A model generated the notes under the pieces. The model did not search any database, was not told the DNA's origin, and saw nothing but the letters and a program-made list of their open reading frames with translations. Positions 47,418-56,574 of a stretch of 64,000 nucleotides of DNA are shown here, one piece after another. Position numbers and translations under genes: made by a program. This DNA is from Singulisphaera sp. GP187 (lineage in GTDB: Bacteria; Chloroflexota; Chloroflexia; Chloroflexales; Roseiflexaceae): contig CALQBW020000004.1 in NCBI GenBank assembly GCA_943328915.2, forward strand, positions 379-64,378, read 5' to 3'. Within the stretch, counting starts at the first letter, position 1, and each line of letters starts with the position of its first letter.

Positions 47418-49454
47418 GTGGACTATCTTGCAAACTTAAATGAAGATCAATATGCGGCAGTTGTGGCACCAATCGGACCAGTGCTAGTCAAAGCAGGTGC
47501 GGGCAGCGGCAAAACACGGGTATTGACGTTGCGCATCGCGCATCTCGTGAATCACCACAAAGTGGATGTCGGGCATATTTTGGCGTTGACATTTACCAAC
47601 AAAGCAGCCAAAGAGATGCGCCAACGGCTCAAACCAATTCTCGGGAGCAAAATCCAACGTTTGACAACGGGGACATTCCATGCCATTTGTGTCAAAATTT
47701 TGCGCCAGCACATCGAAGGCAAATTAGGGCATTACACCCGTAATTTCAGCATTTACAGTGGTGATGAACAAGAGCAACTTGCCCAGCAAAGTATAGATGC
47801 AGCACCAGAAGTATCACCGGAAGCAACAGACGTCAATGATTTATTACGGCGGATTTCGCGGGCAAAAAGTCGCTTACAAACCCCCAAAATGTTGCTCGCG
47901 ACAGCCGAAAACAGCAATGACAGCTGGATCGCCTTACGTTATCGTCACTATCAAGGCTTGTTGTCAGAATCAAACGCCGTTGACTTTGATGATTTGATAC
48001 AACTAGCCTATCGGTTGCTGAGTGAACACGAAGACGTGCTGGATGCGGTTCAAAAACAATGGCGTCATGTACTAGTCGATGAATACCAGGACACTGACCC
48101 GAGCCAATTTAGCTTGGTGCGCTTGCTGAGTGAGCCGGTCGGGGCACGGCCGCGTTCGTTGTTTGCCGTAGGCGATGCGATGCAGTCAATTTATGGATTC
48201 CGAAATGCTGATCACACAATTATTACGCGCTTCCAAGAGACATTTACCCAGGCAACGGTGATTGAACTCAAAACGAATTACCGTAGCCGCCAACCAATCC
48301 TCGATGCAGCATATGCAGTGATTCGGCATAGTAAATCAGTACCACCAATGCAACTAAATGCGAATAATCAGGCTCGTCAAATCGATAAAAGCGTGATATT
48401 TTAGCAATATCAGCACGCCAAAGAAGAAGCCCAAAAGATTGCCCACGAGATTGCGAGTATGACGAATAGCGCTGAGAACGTCGGTGCATTTGGTGATGTC
48501 AAACGTGAAGGCAGGCGCCCACGTGAAATTGCAATTTTGTACCGCTCGAAGTTTATGAGCCGTGCGTTTGAAGAAGCCTTGCGTTTGTTGCGCATCCCGT
48601 ACAAACTCAAAGGTCAATTAGGATTTTATGACCGGGCAGTGGTACGCGACTTACTGGCATTTGTGCGTTTGGCCGTCAATTCGCGGGATAATATGGCGTT
48701 GACGCGCATCGCCGACATCCCCAAACGAGGCTTGAGTGCCAAGCCACTCAAGGTTTTTAGTGTGGAAGCGGCGCGGCGGAATTTGGCTATTGCCGATGTA
48801 CTGGGCGACATCATGATTTTGGCACAACTCGACGAAAAAGCGCGCAGCGGCGCGCGCCAACTCTATCAGCTGCTCGGGCGGTTGCGACAGCGCATCAAGA
48901 ACAATATTGGGCCACGTGATTTACTAGAAGATATTTTGGTGCAAACCCAATACATGGCCTATCTAGAAGGTCTGCAGAGCAAAGATGCCGAAAAATTAAG
49001 TGATGCCAAAGAACACATCAATGAATTGATGCTCGTCGCAGACGATTACGATAGCGCTGAAGAATTTTTGCAGTTTATCGCAATAATGACCAGCAGCGAT
49101 GATGGAGACGACGAGCGGGATCAATTACAACTCCTCACAATCCATGCCGCCAAAGGTCTTGAGTGGCCATTGGTGTTTGTGGTAGGCCTGGAGGAAGGGG
49201 TATTGCCGCACGAACGGAGCATGTCGACGAATGAAGGAATCGAAGAAGAGCGTCGGTTGTGCTATGTCGCGGTGACGCGGGCGGCCGAGCGTTTGTATTT
49301 ATCGTGGTGCGCGGAACGGAGTGGCAGCAGTAGCAGCCGTACTCCCAAAAAGAACGTCAAAGGCGCATCGGCACAGACCAAACGTTCACGATTTTATGAT
49401 GACATCGAAGCCTACGGCCAAGAGCTCGCTGCTCGGCGAAATACCCAACAATAG
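47418..49454 (+). pseudogene. UvrD/PcrA/Rep-family DNA helicase, frame interrupted by a single in-frame TAG (48402..48404)
   Basis: Track ORFs 47418..48404 and 48459..49454 are in the same frame. The first carries motifs AGAGSGKT, TFTNKAAKEM, VDEYQDT and VGDAMQSIYGFRNA. Read-through gives ..DKSVIF*QYQHAKEEAQKIAHEI.. then ..AILYRS.., ..TIHAAKGLEW.., ..YVAVTRA.. Confidence 0.85.
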
Positions 49455-49462
49455 GAGTCCCG

Positions 49463-49888
49463 ATGACGAATCATAAAAAATCTGGTGGCCAGGTGCAACA
49501 AATACGCTCGCTAATTCTCAAGTGGCTGATCACTTCGTTAGCAATATTTGCAGCGATTTATCTCGTGCCGGGGATTCACTTTAGTGGGCCAGGGTGGCAG
49601 CTGGGGGTCATCGCAGCGATTTTTAGCGTCGTTAATCTTTTGTTACGCCCAGTATTGTTGTTGATAACATGCCCGATGATAGTATTGACTCTTGGATTAT
49701 TTAGCGTGGCCATCAATGCCCTAATGCTGATTATTACGGCAAATGTTGCAGTTTATTTAGGAATCGCATATTCGATTGATTCGTTTACGACGGCGTTTAT
49801 TGGAGCGTTGGTCATTTCTTTCACATCTTTAGTCCTAAACATGTTGGCCGGCGAGGGGGGCGTGCAAGTCAACGTTCATCGCGAATAG
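49463..49888 (+). CDS. Phage-holin-4_2 / DUF360 (YvlD-like) membrane protein
   Basis: ..LVPGIHFSG..VNLLLRPVLLLITCPMIVLTLGLFSVAINALML.. matches the DUF360 pattern. Confidence 0.8.
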   Translation: MTNHKKSGGQVQQIRSLILKWLITSLAIFAAIYLVPGIHFSGPGWQLGVIAAIFSVVNLLLRPVLLLITCPMIVLTLGLFSVAINALMLIITANVAVYLGIAYSIDSFTTAFIGALVISFTSLVLNMLAGEGGVQVNVHRE

Positions 49889-49907
49889 CGCCGCACATGC
49901 TGCGGCG
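49889..49907. terminator. Hairpin between convergent genes (possible bidirectional terminator)
   Basis: CGCCGCA-CATGC-TGCGGCG forms a 7-bp GC-rich stem. Flanking T content is modest. Confidence 0.4.
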
Positions 49908-49911
49908 TTAT

Positions 49912-50268
49912 TCATCGACAAATCTCAATCACTGCCTGGGTAAGTTGCGCTTCATTGGGGACGCCGTTGAAACGCGTGGTTACGCTACCAGCACGGTCAA
50001 TAACCACAACGACAGGGTGGGCTTTGACGCCGTATTGTTGGGCAAGTTGTAATCCATCAGGAGTGGCATAATTGGCGCGTACAACAGTCAGACAACCAGT
50101 AAATTGTTGGTCCAGCCTATCAACGATAGGCATTGTTTGGGTTCAGGGGATTCAGCCGTTGGTATAAACAAATAGTACGGCGGGTCCATCCAACACGTTG
50201 GTTGGGGCAACACCACAGCCCATCAAGAGACTTGTGGCAACTAATCCAAATACGGTACGTCGTTGCAT
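49912..50268 (-). CDS. Small thioredoxin-fold lipoprotein with two in-frame TGA codons replacing the CxxC pair (candidate U-I-P-U selenoprotein)
   Basis: The same frame runs from ATG 50268 through TGA 50152..50154 and TGA 50143..50145 to the stop at 49912. It reads MQRRTVFGLVATSLLMGC|GVAPTNVLDGPAVLFVYTNG[TGA]IP[TGA]TQTMPIVDRLDQQF..YGVKAHPVVVVIDRAG.. Lipobox LMGC; cis-Pro region HP; thioredoxin layout. Confidence 0.7.
50115..50131 (-). promoter_or_regulatory. SECIS-like hairpin 11 nt / 20 nt 3' of the two in-frame TGA codons
   Basis: Minus-strand RNA GCCUAUC-GUU-GAUAGGC forms a perfect 7-bp stem with a GUU loop. Confidence 0.5.
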
Positions 50269-50284
50269 GATGACACCTTTGGCG

Positions 50285-50322
50285 AAAAAACACTGCGCAC
50301 AACCAAATAGTTGTGCGCAGTG
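50285..50322 (-). terminator. Strong intrinsic terminator after the molybdopterin hydroxylase gene
   Basis: Minus-strand RNA CACUGCGCACAAC-UAUUUG-GUUGUGCGCAGUG forms a 13-bp perfect stem followed by UUUUUU. Confidence 0.7.
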
Positions 50323-50350
50323 TGCCATAGAATATGCCATTATGCAACAT

Positions 50351-52627
50351 CTACTTTTGTTGTAAAACCTTCCACACCGTCTCATCGCGCAACGGCAAGT
50401 CAAGCACGCGTGCGCCGCTAGCGGCGCGAACGGCGTTGGCTACAGCGGCAGCACCGGCGGTGATGGGGGGTTCACCGATACCACGGGCACCAAAGGGACC
50501 GAAGGGGGCTTTGTTATGGACCATGACCACTTCGATATCGGGCAAGGCTTCGCCGCCGGGGAGGCTGTAGTCCATGAAGCTGGCGGTCAATAACTGACCG
50601 TAATCGTCATAGACCATCGCTTCGTGCAAGGCCCAACCGAGCCCTTGGGCCACACCACCATGGATTTGGCCTTCGACCAGCAACGGATTGAGGGCAAAGC
50701 CAACATCTTGGATGGCGAGGTACTTGAGGGGGGTCACATGGCCGGTATCGGGATCGACATGGACTTTGACGAGGTGGGTAACAAAACCAGGCGCATTCTC
50801 GGAGATGGCGGTGGTGCCTTCTCCCATGATAGGGCCACTACCGCCGGCTTTGTTTTCGGCCAATTCGGCAATCGCGCCGATTTCCATGGCTTTGTCGGGG
50901 AACCCTTTGACGCTCACCACACCGTCGCGCAATTCGAGGTCAGCGGGGTTTGCTTCAAATTGTTCGGCAGCCACATCGATGAGCTTTTGGCGCACGACAC
51001 GGGCTGCCGCGGCTACGGCACCCGACACACTATAGGTGGTTTGGCTACCACCACTGGGGCCGGCCCGGGGACCGGTGCGGGTATCGCCTTGGATGAGTTG
51101 GATGCGGTCGGGCGAGATGTCGAGGATTTCGGCGGCGACAAGCACCAACGAACTATTGACGCCCGAGATATCGACTGAGCCGACGTGGATGCGCACTGCG
51201 CCATCGCTGTCGACGGCACAAACCGAAGCGGCCGGCGACATACCACACAACCAACCGCCAGCAGCCATACCCCAGGCCGTGTTGGGCTCTTGGGTACGGT
51301 TTTGCCACCACGGGTGGTTCTGCAGGGTTTCGAGGCATTGGCGCATGCCGATACTGGGCCACGGGTCCCCGTTACCCATCAAATCACCGGTTTCGACACA
51401 GTTTTGCAGGCGCAATTCAAGGGGATCGCGACCGAGGGCGCGGGCCAGCTCGTCCATGCTTGATTCAATGGCAAAGGTGGCCGAAGGGGCACCGGGGGCA
51501 CGGTACGCTCCTCCTTGGAGTTTGTGGGTCAATACTTCGCGACAGAGTATTCGCACGTTGTCGCATTTGTAATAGCCGCCAATCAAAATCCCGACGATGC
51601 CACCAATGGTGAATGGGAAGACACCGTTGTCGATGGTGGCGACGGCATCGATGGCTGCGATGCGACCATCGTTGTAGGCTGCCACGGTTAAATCAATTTC
51701 CATGGCAGGTGAGGGAGTGGTGGTCAAAAAATCTTCGCTACGCGTCAACACAATTTTGACTGGATGGCGCACTGTCCACGCTACTGCAGCGGCCAAGGGG
51801 TCGAGTGTCCCGTATTTGGCACCAAATGCGCCACCTATCACCATCGGGATAACCCGCACTTTGGATTTGGGAATACCGATGAGTCGGGCGACTTCATCGC
51901 GCACACCAAATTGGCCTTGGGTGCTGGTATAAATGGTAATTTCACCACGAAACGGATGGGGCTCTGCCACCACCGCATGAGGCTCGATGTAGCCTTGGTG
52001 GACCATGGGGGTAGTGTAGTGGTGTTTGAGCACGATGTCGGCACCAGCAATGGCTTTGTCGACATTACCACGACCAAACTTGGTTTCTTCGTGGATGTTG
52101 GACGGGGCACGATGACTCGTGTCACTGCCTTTGTCGACGGCGGCGTGGGCTGCAGTCAAGTCGAGACCGTCTTTGGGCAGACCGTTAGGCCAAATCAGGG
52201 CTGCATTGGGGGCAATCGCATCAGCCATATTGCTCAATACGGGAAGGGGTTCGTAGTCTACGATTACTGCGTCGGCGCCATCTTTGGCAGCAGCTTCTGT
52301 TTCGGCGACGACCACCACGACGGGGTGACCGCGAAACAAAACTTTGTCGTGAGCCAATACCGCACTTGAACGCGAATTCACTACACGGTCACGAGTGGGC
52401 AAATCGGCGGCAATCAATACAGCCACCACGCCGGGGACAGCCATGGCGGCTGTGCGGTCAATGGATTTGATGTTTGCATGAGCATATGGGCTCAATACCG
52501 GGCGGGCATGCAACATGCCAGGCAAATTTAGGTCACCGGTGTATTGGGCTGTGCCAGTAATTTTTTCAGAGCCATCAATAATTTTGTGGCGTTTACCAAG
52601 GGTACGATATTCAGAACTCGTTGTCAT
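50351..52627 (-). CDS. Xanthine dehydrogenase/aldehyde oxidase family molybdopterin-binding large subunit
   Basis: Starts directly with the a/b-hammerhead region ..YRTLGKRHKIIDGSEKITGTAQYTGDLNLPGMLHA.. About 758 aa, with no 2Fe-2S or FAD domain. Start moved to ATG 52627 behind GAGGA. Confidence 0.9.
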   Translation of the reverse strand: MTTSSEYRTLGKRHKIIDGSEKITGTAQYTGDLNLPGMLHARPVLSPYAHANIKSIDRTAAMAVPGVVAVLIAADLPTRDRVVNSRSSAVLAHDKVLFRGHPVVVVVAETEAAAKDGADAVIVDYEPLPVLSNMADAIAPNAALIWPNGLPKDGLDLTAAHAAVDKGSDTSHRAPSNIHEETKFGRGNVDKAIAGADIVLKHHYTTPMVHQGYIEPHAVVAEPHPFRGEITIYTSTQGQFGVRDEVARLIGIPKSKVRVIPMVIGGAFGAKYGTLDPLAAAVAWTVRHPVKIVLTRSEDFLTTTPSPAMEIDLTVAAYNDGRIAAIDAVATIDNGVFPFTIGGIVGILIGGYYKCDNVRILCREVLTHKLQGGAYRAPGAPSATFAIESSMDELARALGRDPLELRLQNCVETGDLMGNGDPWPSIGMRQCLETLQNHPWWQNRTQEPNTAWGMAAGGWLCGMSPAASVCAVDSDGAVRIHVGSVDISGVNSSLVLVAAEILDISPDRIQLIQGDTRTGPRAGPSGGSQTTYSVSGAVAAAARVVRQKLIDVAAEQFEANPADLELRDGVVSVKGFPDKAMEIGAIAELAENKAGGSGPIMGEGTTAISENAPGFVTHLVKVHVDPDTGHVTPLKYLAIQDVGFALNPLLVEGQIHGGVAQGLGWALHEAMVYDDYGQLLTASFMDYSLPGGEALPDIEVVMVHNKAPFGPFGARGIGEPPITAGAAAVANAVRAASGARVLDLPLRDETVWKVLQQK

Positions 52628-52676
52628 GGTTGGCTTTTTCCTCAGTTTATACAAAAATAATCGCACACTATCTTTA

Positions 52677-54011
52677 TTATACAACGACGGGAGCTTCATT
52701 CCCTGCTTCGTTGATAGCACGACGCACATTCACAAAAATCAGCAAGAGAAAACCCACCACGAAGAATACCCCAATCATCGACAATGCCAATCGATACGAA
52801 TTGGTGAATTGATACACCAACCCAAAAACCAACGGCCCAATCCAACTCGTACCACGCTCACTGACTTCGTAGAGGCTGTAGTATTCTGATTCTTTGCCCT
52901 TGGGAATCATTTGGGCGAACAACGAGCGACTCAAGGCTTGCGTGCCACCCAGCACGACGGCAATGCCGGCACCAAGCAACAAGAACTGTACGACACTCCC
53001 TTTAACGATGAAATAACTGACCACCGTGAGTGATGTCCACACCACGAGACTAATCAAAATGGATTTTTTGGCACCAATACGGCGCGCCACCTGATTGAAC
53101 CCGAGTGCGCCAAACCAGGCCACAAACTGCACCATCAAAATGGTAATAATCAACGTTTGTGATTCCATACCGAGTTCTTGGGTACCAAAGGTCGACGACA
53201 TGGCGATGACGGTCTGGACGCCGTCGTTGTAAAGTAGGTATGCCCCAAGGAACAACAATGTTTGCGGATAACGCACCGAATTCCGGAGCGTCTCACCGAG
53301 CTGTGCGAAACCTGCCGTCACCACCGATTGCCCTTTTTGCAAATCATGTACTGCGGCGGTATTGGGCAAACTACGCAACGTGATAGGAATAAATATTGCC
53401 ATCCACACACCAGCCGATGCCAAACAAATCCGCACGGCCAAACCACCATCGATGCCGATTTGTTCGTACGACAAAAATAGCGCCAAATTGAGGATGAGCA
53501 ATAAGCCACCACCAAGGTAGCCAAAGGCAAAACCACGTGACGACACCGCGTCGCGCTCATCGGGGGTGGCGATTTCGGGAAGAAATGCATTGTAAAAGAC
53601 CATCGATGCGCCAAAGGTGAGGTTAGCCACCAAGTATAGGAGCCCCCCAAATAAATAGTCTGTGCCTTGCATGAAAAACATCAAAATGACCGCTACCGTC
53701 GAGATATACGCAAAAATCCCCATCATACGTCGTTTGAGCGACGTATAATCAGCGACTGCTCCCAAAATAGGTAAGACGAAGACCTGCAATAAGACCGACA
53801 AGGAGGTCACATAGGCATAAAATGAACCCGCAGCGATAGGAATGTTCGGCCCGAATGGAAACAACATGCCACCGGTATCTTTGGCGGCTGCCTCGGCAAT
53901 ACTGGTCAAATATGGTCCCAAAAAGACCGCACCGACGGTGGTGGAATAGGCAGACACTGCCCAGTCAAAAAAATACCAACCGCGTTGTTCGCGTGTCCCT
54001 TTAAACATCAC
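52677..54011 (-). CDS. MFS transporter, UMF1 (Atg22-like) family
   Basis: ..RGWYFFDWAVSAYSTTV.. N-terminal signature, 444 aa, about 12 TM segments. Confidence 0.85.
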   Translation of the reverse strand: MMFKGTREQRGWYFFDWAVSAYSTTVGAVFLGPYLTSIAEAAAKDTGGMLFPFGPNIPIAAGSFYAYVTSLSVLLQVFVLPILGAVADYTSLKRRMMGIFAYISTVAVILMFFMQGTDYLFGGLLYLVANLTFGASMVFYNAFLPEIATPDERDAVSSRGFAFGYLGGGLLLILNLALFLSYEQIGIDGGLAVRICLASAGVWMAIFIPITLRSLPNTAAVHDLQKGQSVVTAGFAQLGETLRNSVRYPQTLLFLGAYLLYNDGVQTVIAMSSTFGTQELGMESQTLIITILMVQFVAWFGALGFNQVARRIGAKKSILISLVVWTSLTVVSYFIVKGSVVQFLLLGAGIAVVLGGTQALSRSLFAQMIPKGKESEYYSLYEVSERGTSWIGPLVFGLVYQFTNSYRLALSMIGVFFVVGFLLLIFVNVRRAINEAGNEAPVVV

Positions 54012-54093
54012 ACCCTCCTTTAGGTATATTTACACACAAAAACCCAACACTACGAGGTTGTTACGTCATTGCATCATGCGCAACACGGAAAAT

Positions 54094-54804
54094 CTAGGTT
54101 CCAAAGGGAATTGTATGATTAAAGTATAACCCATTTTGATTAAATGTTGCCGAAACTCCGATTAATTGTACGCCCGCCTGCTCTGCAGTCTGCACCGCCT
54201 GCGCCAAAGCAGGGTCAATAATGCCATCGATTGCCACGCTGTTGGCGTCTCCTTGAGCGACCACCACCAATACCGTATGCAGCCCAGTCTGGTGTAAATG
54301 CATTAATTCGTTGACATGGCGGGCCGCCCGGCTACTGGGAGCATCTGGTACAAGGCCGATATCTCGAATAATCCGCCCGGCAGATTTCACTTCGAGGACG
54401 ATCGGGGTTTGTCCACCTTCGAGTACAAAGTCAAAGCGACTGGCACCGATTTGCACTTCACGACGCACCAGCGTATAGGCTGGTAATTCGGCAATCAGGT
54501 GCTGTTCGAGTACCCCCCGCATCAAACGATTCGGCAACAACGTGTCGAGTGATGCCCAACTGCCGTCAATGCGCTGGGCGGCAGCTGCTTGCCATTGGGT
54601 AACACGTTTTTCGCCAGGGCGTGACACCAAACACAGTAGGACACCCGGGAGCAACGTTTCGATGAGTCGGCCACGATCGGCCATATGGGCACGCACCACT
54701 TGGCCATCAGGAAGCAACGCTTCGAGCACGAAACGATTAGGTCGCGCCACGAACGTGGCAAGCTGTTGGGCTCCACCACCCGCAAGCGGCACGTGGAAGG
54801 TCAT
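54094..54804 (-). CDS. sfsA: SfsA family nuclease-fold protein (sugar fermentation stimulation protein homolog)
   Basis: ..ATFVARPNRFVLEALL.. and ..SRFDFVLE..VLEVKS.. Confidence 0.88.
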   Translation of the reverse strand: MTFHVPLAGGGAQQLATFVARPNRFVLEALLPDGQVVRAHMADRGRLIETLLPGVLLCLVSRPGEKRVTQWQAAAAQRIDGSWASLDTLLPNRLMRGVLEQHLIAELPAYTLVRREVQIGASRFDFVLEGGQTPIVLEVKSAGRIIRDIGLVPDAPSSRAARHVNELMHLHQTGLHTVLVVVAQGDANSVAIDGIIDPALAQAVQTAEQAGVQLIGVSATFNQNGLYFNHTIPFGT

Positions 54805-55583
54805 GCGCGGGTATCCCAGCGGGGGGCACGTTTATTGAGAAATGCGTCGGTGCCTTCTTTGGCATTTGATGCAACGACCACCGTAGCAAAAGTAGTACAT
54901 TCTGCCATTAACGCATCGTCTAAAGACAAATCTACCCCCGCCCATATTGTCGCTTTGATGGTTGCAATAACCGGCGTGGCCATACTTGCGATGCGTGCCG
55001 CGAGCGTTTGGGCTACAGGCAGCAACTCCGCAGGGGCTACGACACGATCGACCAACCCCAAACGCAAGGCATCATCAGCACCGATCGGTTCACCAGTCAG
55101 TGCCATCAACAGAGCAGTGCTGGCACCGGCTTGACGGGCGACACGGACGCTGCCGCCCCAGCCGGGCATCAAGCCGAGCGTAATTTCAGGCAAGGCGAGG
55201 CGGGCGGTGCTACTGGCAATGCGCATGTCGCACATCAAGGCCAACTCACAGCCACCACCAAATGCGACGCCATTGACCGCAGCAATAATTGCAAAAGGCA
55301 GGGTGCGCATCAGTTTGCCAAGCACGAGTACCGCAGTCCCAAATTGTTGGGCATCGTTGCGGTCGGCGAGGGCATTGATTTCTTTGATGTTGGCACCAGC
55401 GACAAAGGCTTTTTCGCCAAATCCGGTAATAATCACCGCACCAACCCGCTCAGCAGCATTGGCGAGGGCAATCAGTTGGTCGTGGAGCTCCGCCACCGCT
55501 GCCCGGCTCAAGGCATTCACGGGGGGATTATTGATGGTCAACACGGCGACGCCGTCATTAAGTGCTGTTTGCCAAATCGTCAT
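54801..55583 (-). CDS. Enoyl-CoA hydratase/isomerase (crotonase) family protein
   Basis: ..AAVNGVAFGGGCELALMCDMRIAS.. Confidence 0.9.
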   Translation of the reverse strand: MTIWQTALNDGVAVLTINNPPVNALSRAAVAELHDQLIALANAAERVGAVIITGFGEKAFVAGANIKEINALADRNDAQQFGTAVLVLGKLMRTLPFAIIAAVNGVAFGGGCELALMCDMRIASSTARLALPEITLGLMPGWGGSVRVARQAGASTALLMALTGEPIGADDALRLGLVDRVVAPAELLPVAQTLAARIASMATPVIATIKATIWAGVDLSLDDALMAECTTFATVVVASNAKEGTDAFLNKRAPRWDTRA

Positions 55584-55598
55584 AGGAAGATCCTTTCA

Positions 55599-56453
55599 TT
55601 ACACCGTCGTCGAATAAAATCCTTGGCCGCTTTTGCGACCCAACAAGCCTTGCACGACCATCTCGCGCAATCGTTGGGGTGGGGCGAGGTGGTCATTGTT
55701 GAACTCGTGGGCCAACACATCACCAATTGCCACCGCCGTGTCAATTCCAATGACATCGAGGAGCATTAATGGGCCCATCGGATAGCCACACCCGAGCTTC
55801 ATTGCGGTATCAATTGCATCGCGGCTGGCAACCCCTTGTTCGAGCAAGCGAACCGCGTCAAACAGGTAGGGGATGAGCAGTCGGTTAACAATAAAGCCAC
55901 TGACATCTTGGACATCGACCACCGTTTTGGCGAGTTGCTTCCCAACCGCATACAAAGCCTGTTGTGTGTCATTACTGGTAAACGGCGTCGAAACAAGTTC
56001 AATCAGTTGCATGACAGGTACGGGATTAAAAAAATGGAATCCAGCTACACGGTCAGGGCGGGTGGTGGCTTGAGCCAGTTGGTGGATGGGAATCGACGAG
56101 GTGTTGGACGCCAGAATTGCATGGGGGCCACAGATAGCGTCAAGTTCCGCAAACAGGGTCGTCTTGAGGGCGAGGTCTTCGGCAATGGCTTCGATAACCA
56201 AGTCACAATCGGCCAAATCACGGCGATCGAGGCTGGGGGTAATCCGCTCAAATGCGGTATCAGCATCAGTTTGCGAGAGCGTCCCTTTTTTGATTGCGCG
56301 GGCATAGCCATCACGGATACGCTCAAGGCCGCGTGCTAATGGAGCAGCGGCAGCTTCACAGACACGCGTGGAGTAGCCGGCTGCTGCGAGGACTTGGGTG
56401 ATGCCAGCTCCCATCAGGCCACAGCCGACGACGCCGATTCGGTGAATGGTCAT
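55599..56453 (-). CDS. 3-hydroxyacyl-CoA / 3-hydroxybutyryl-CoA dehydrogenase
   Basis: ..IGVVGCGLMGAGITQV.., ..SNTSSI.. and ..HFFNPVPVM.. Confidence 0.9.
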   Translation of the reverse strand: MTIHRIGVVGCGLMGAGITQVLAAAGYSTRVCEAAAAPLARGLERIRDGYARAIKKGTLSQTDADTAFERITPSLDRRDLADCDLVIEAIAEDLALKTTLFAELDAICGPHAILASNTSSIPIHQLAQATTRPDRVAGFHFFNPVPVMQLIELVSTPFTSNDTQQALYAVGKQLAKTVVDVQDVSGFIVNRLLIPYLFDAVRLLEQGVASRDAIDTAMKLGCGYPMGPLMLLDVIGIDTAVAIGDVLAHEFNNDHLAPPQRLREMVVQGLLGRKSGQGFYSTTV

Positions 56454-56501
56454 ATGATACTAATTCTCCACACAATGGCGTTCGACGATTTCGCAGTTTC
56501 G

Positions 56502-56510
56502 TGCTACTAT
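56502..56510 (+). promoter_or_regulatory. Candidate extended -10 element TGCTACTAT for the lyase gene
   Basis: Located 64 nt upstream of ATG 56575. Confidence 0.3.
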
Positions 56511-56574
56511 TGGCGCGCATACGGTACGGCGAACGCAGGAATTGGTTTGCCGTCAGCATAAGGGAATTACGGCG

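Noticed and set aside
48402-48404. Pyrrolysine or programmed read-through as the explanation for the in-frame TAG in the helicase.
   Set aside because: TAG is used as a normal terminator nearby (37144..37146, 49452..49454, 49886..49888). There is no pyl gene context or downstream structure, and the position is not a conserved functional residue. A nonsense mutation or sequence error is more parsimonious.
50269-50403. Cys-rich N-terminal extension of the thioredoxin-like ORF in the track (MTCRCAMRRCGRFYNKSRCC..).
   Set aside because: It overlaps the 3' end of the upstream gene and the strong terminator hairpin. The internal ATG at 50268 gives a clean lipoprotein signal peptide.
52628-52729. 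N-terminal extensions given by the ORF track to several genes: 52628..52729, 29052..29162, 31140..31223, 32451..32516, 24968..25039, 25680..25778 and 41272..41322.
   Set aside because: In each case an internal ATG with a Shine-Dalgarno-like sequence coincides with the start of the conserved domain. The extension overlaps the neighbouring gene or spacer.
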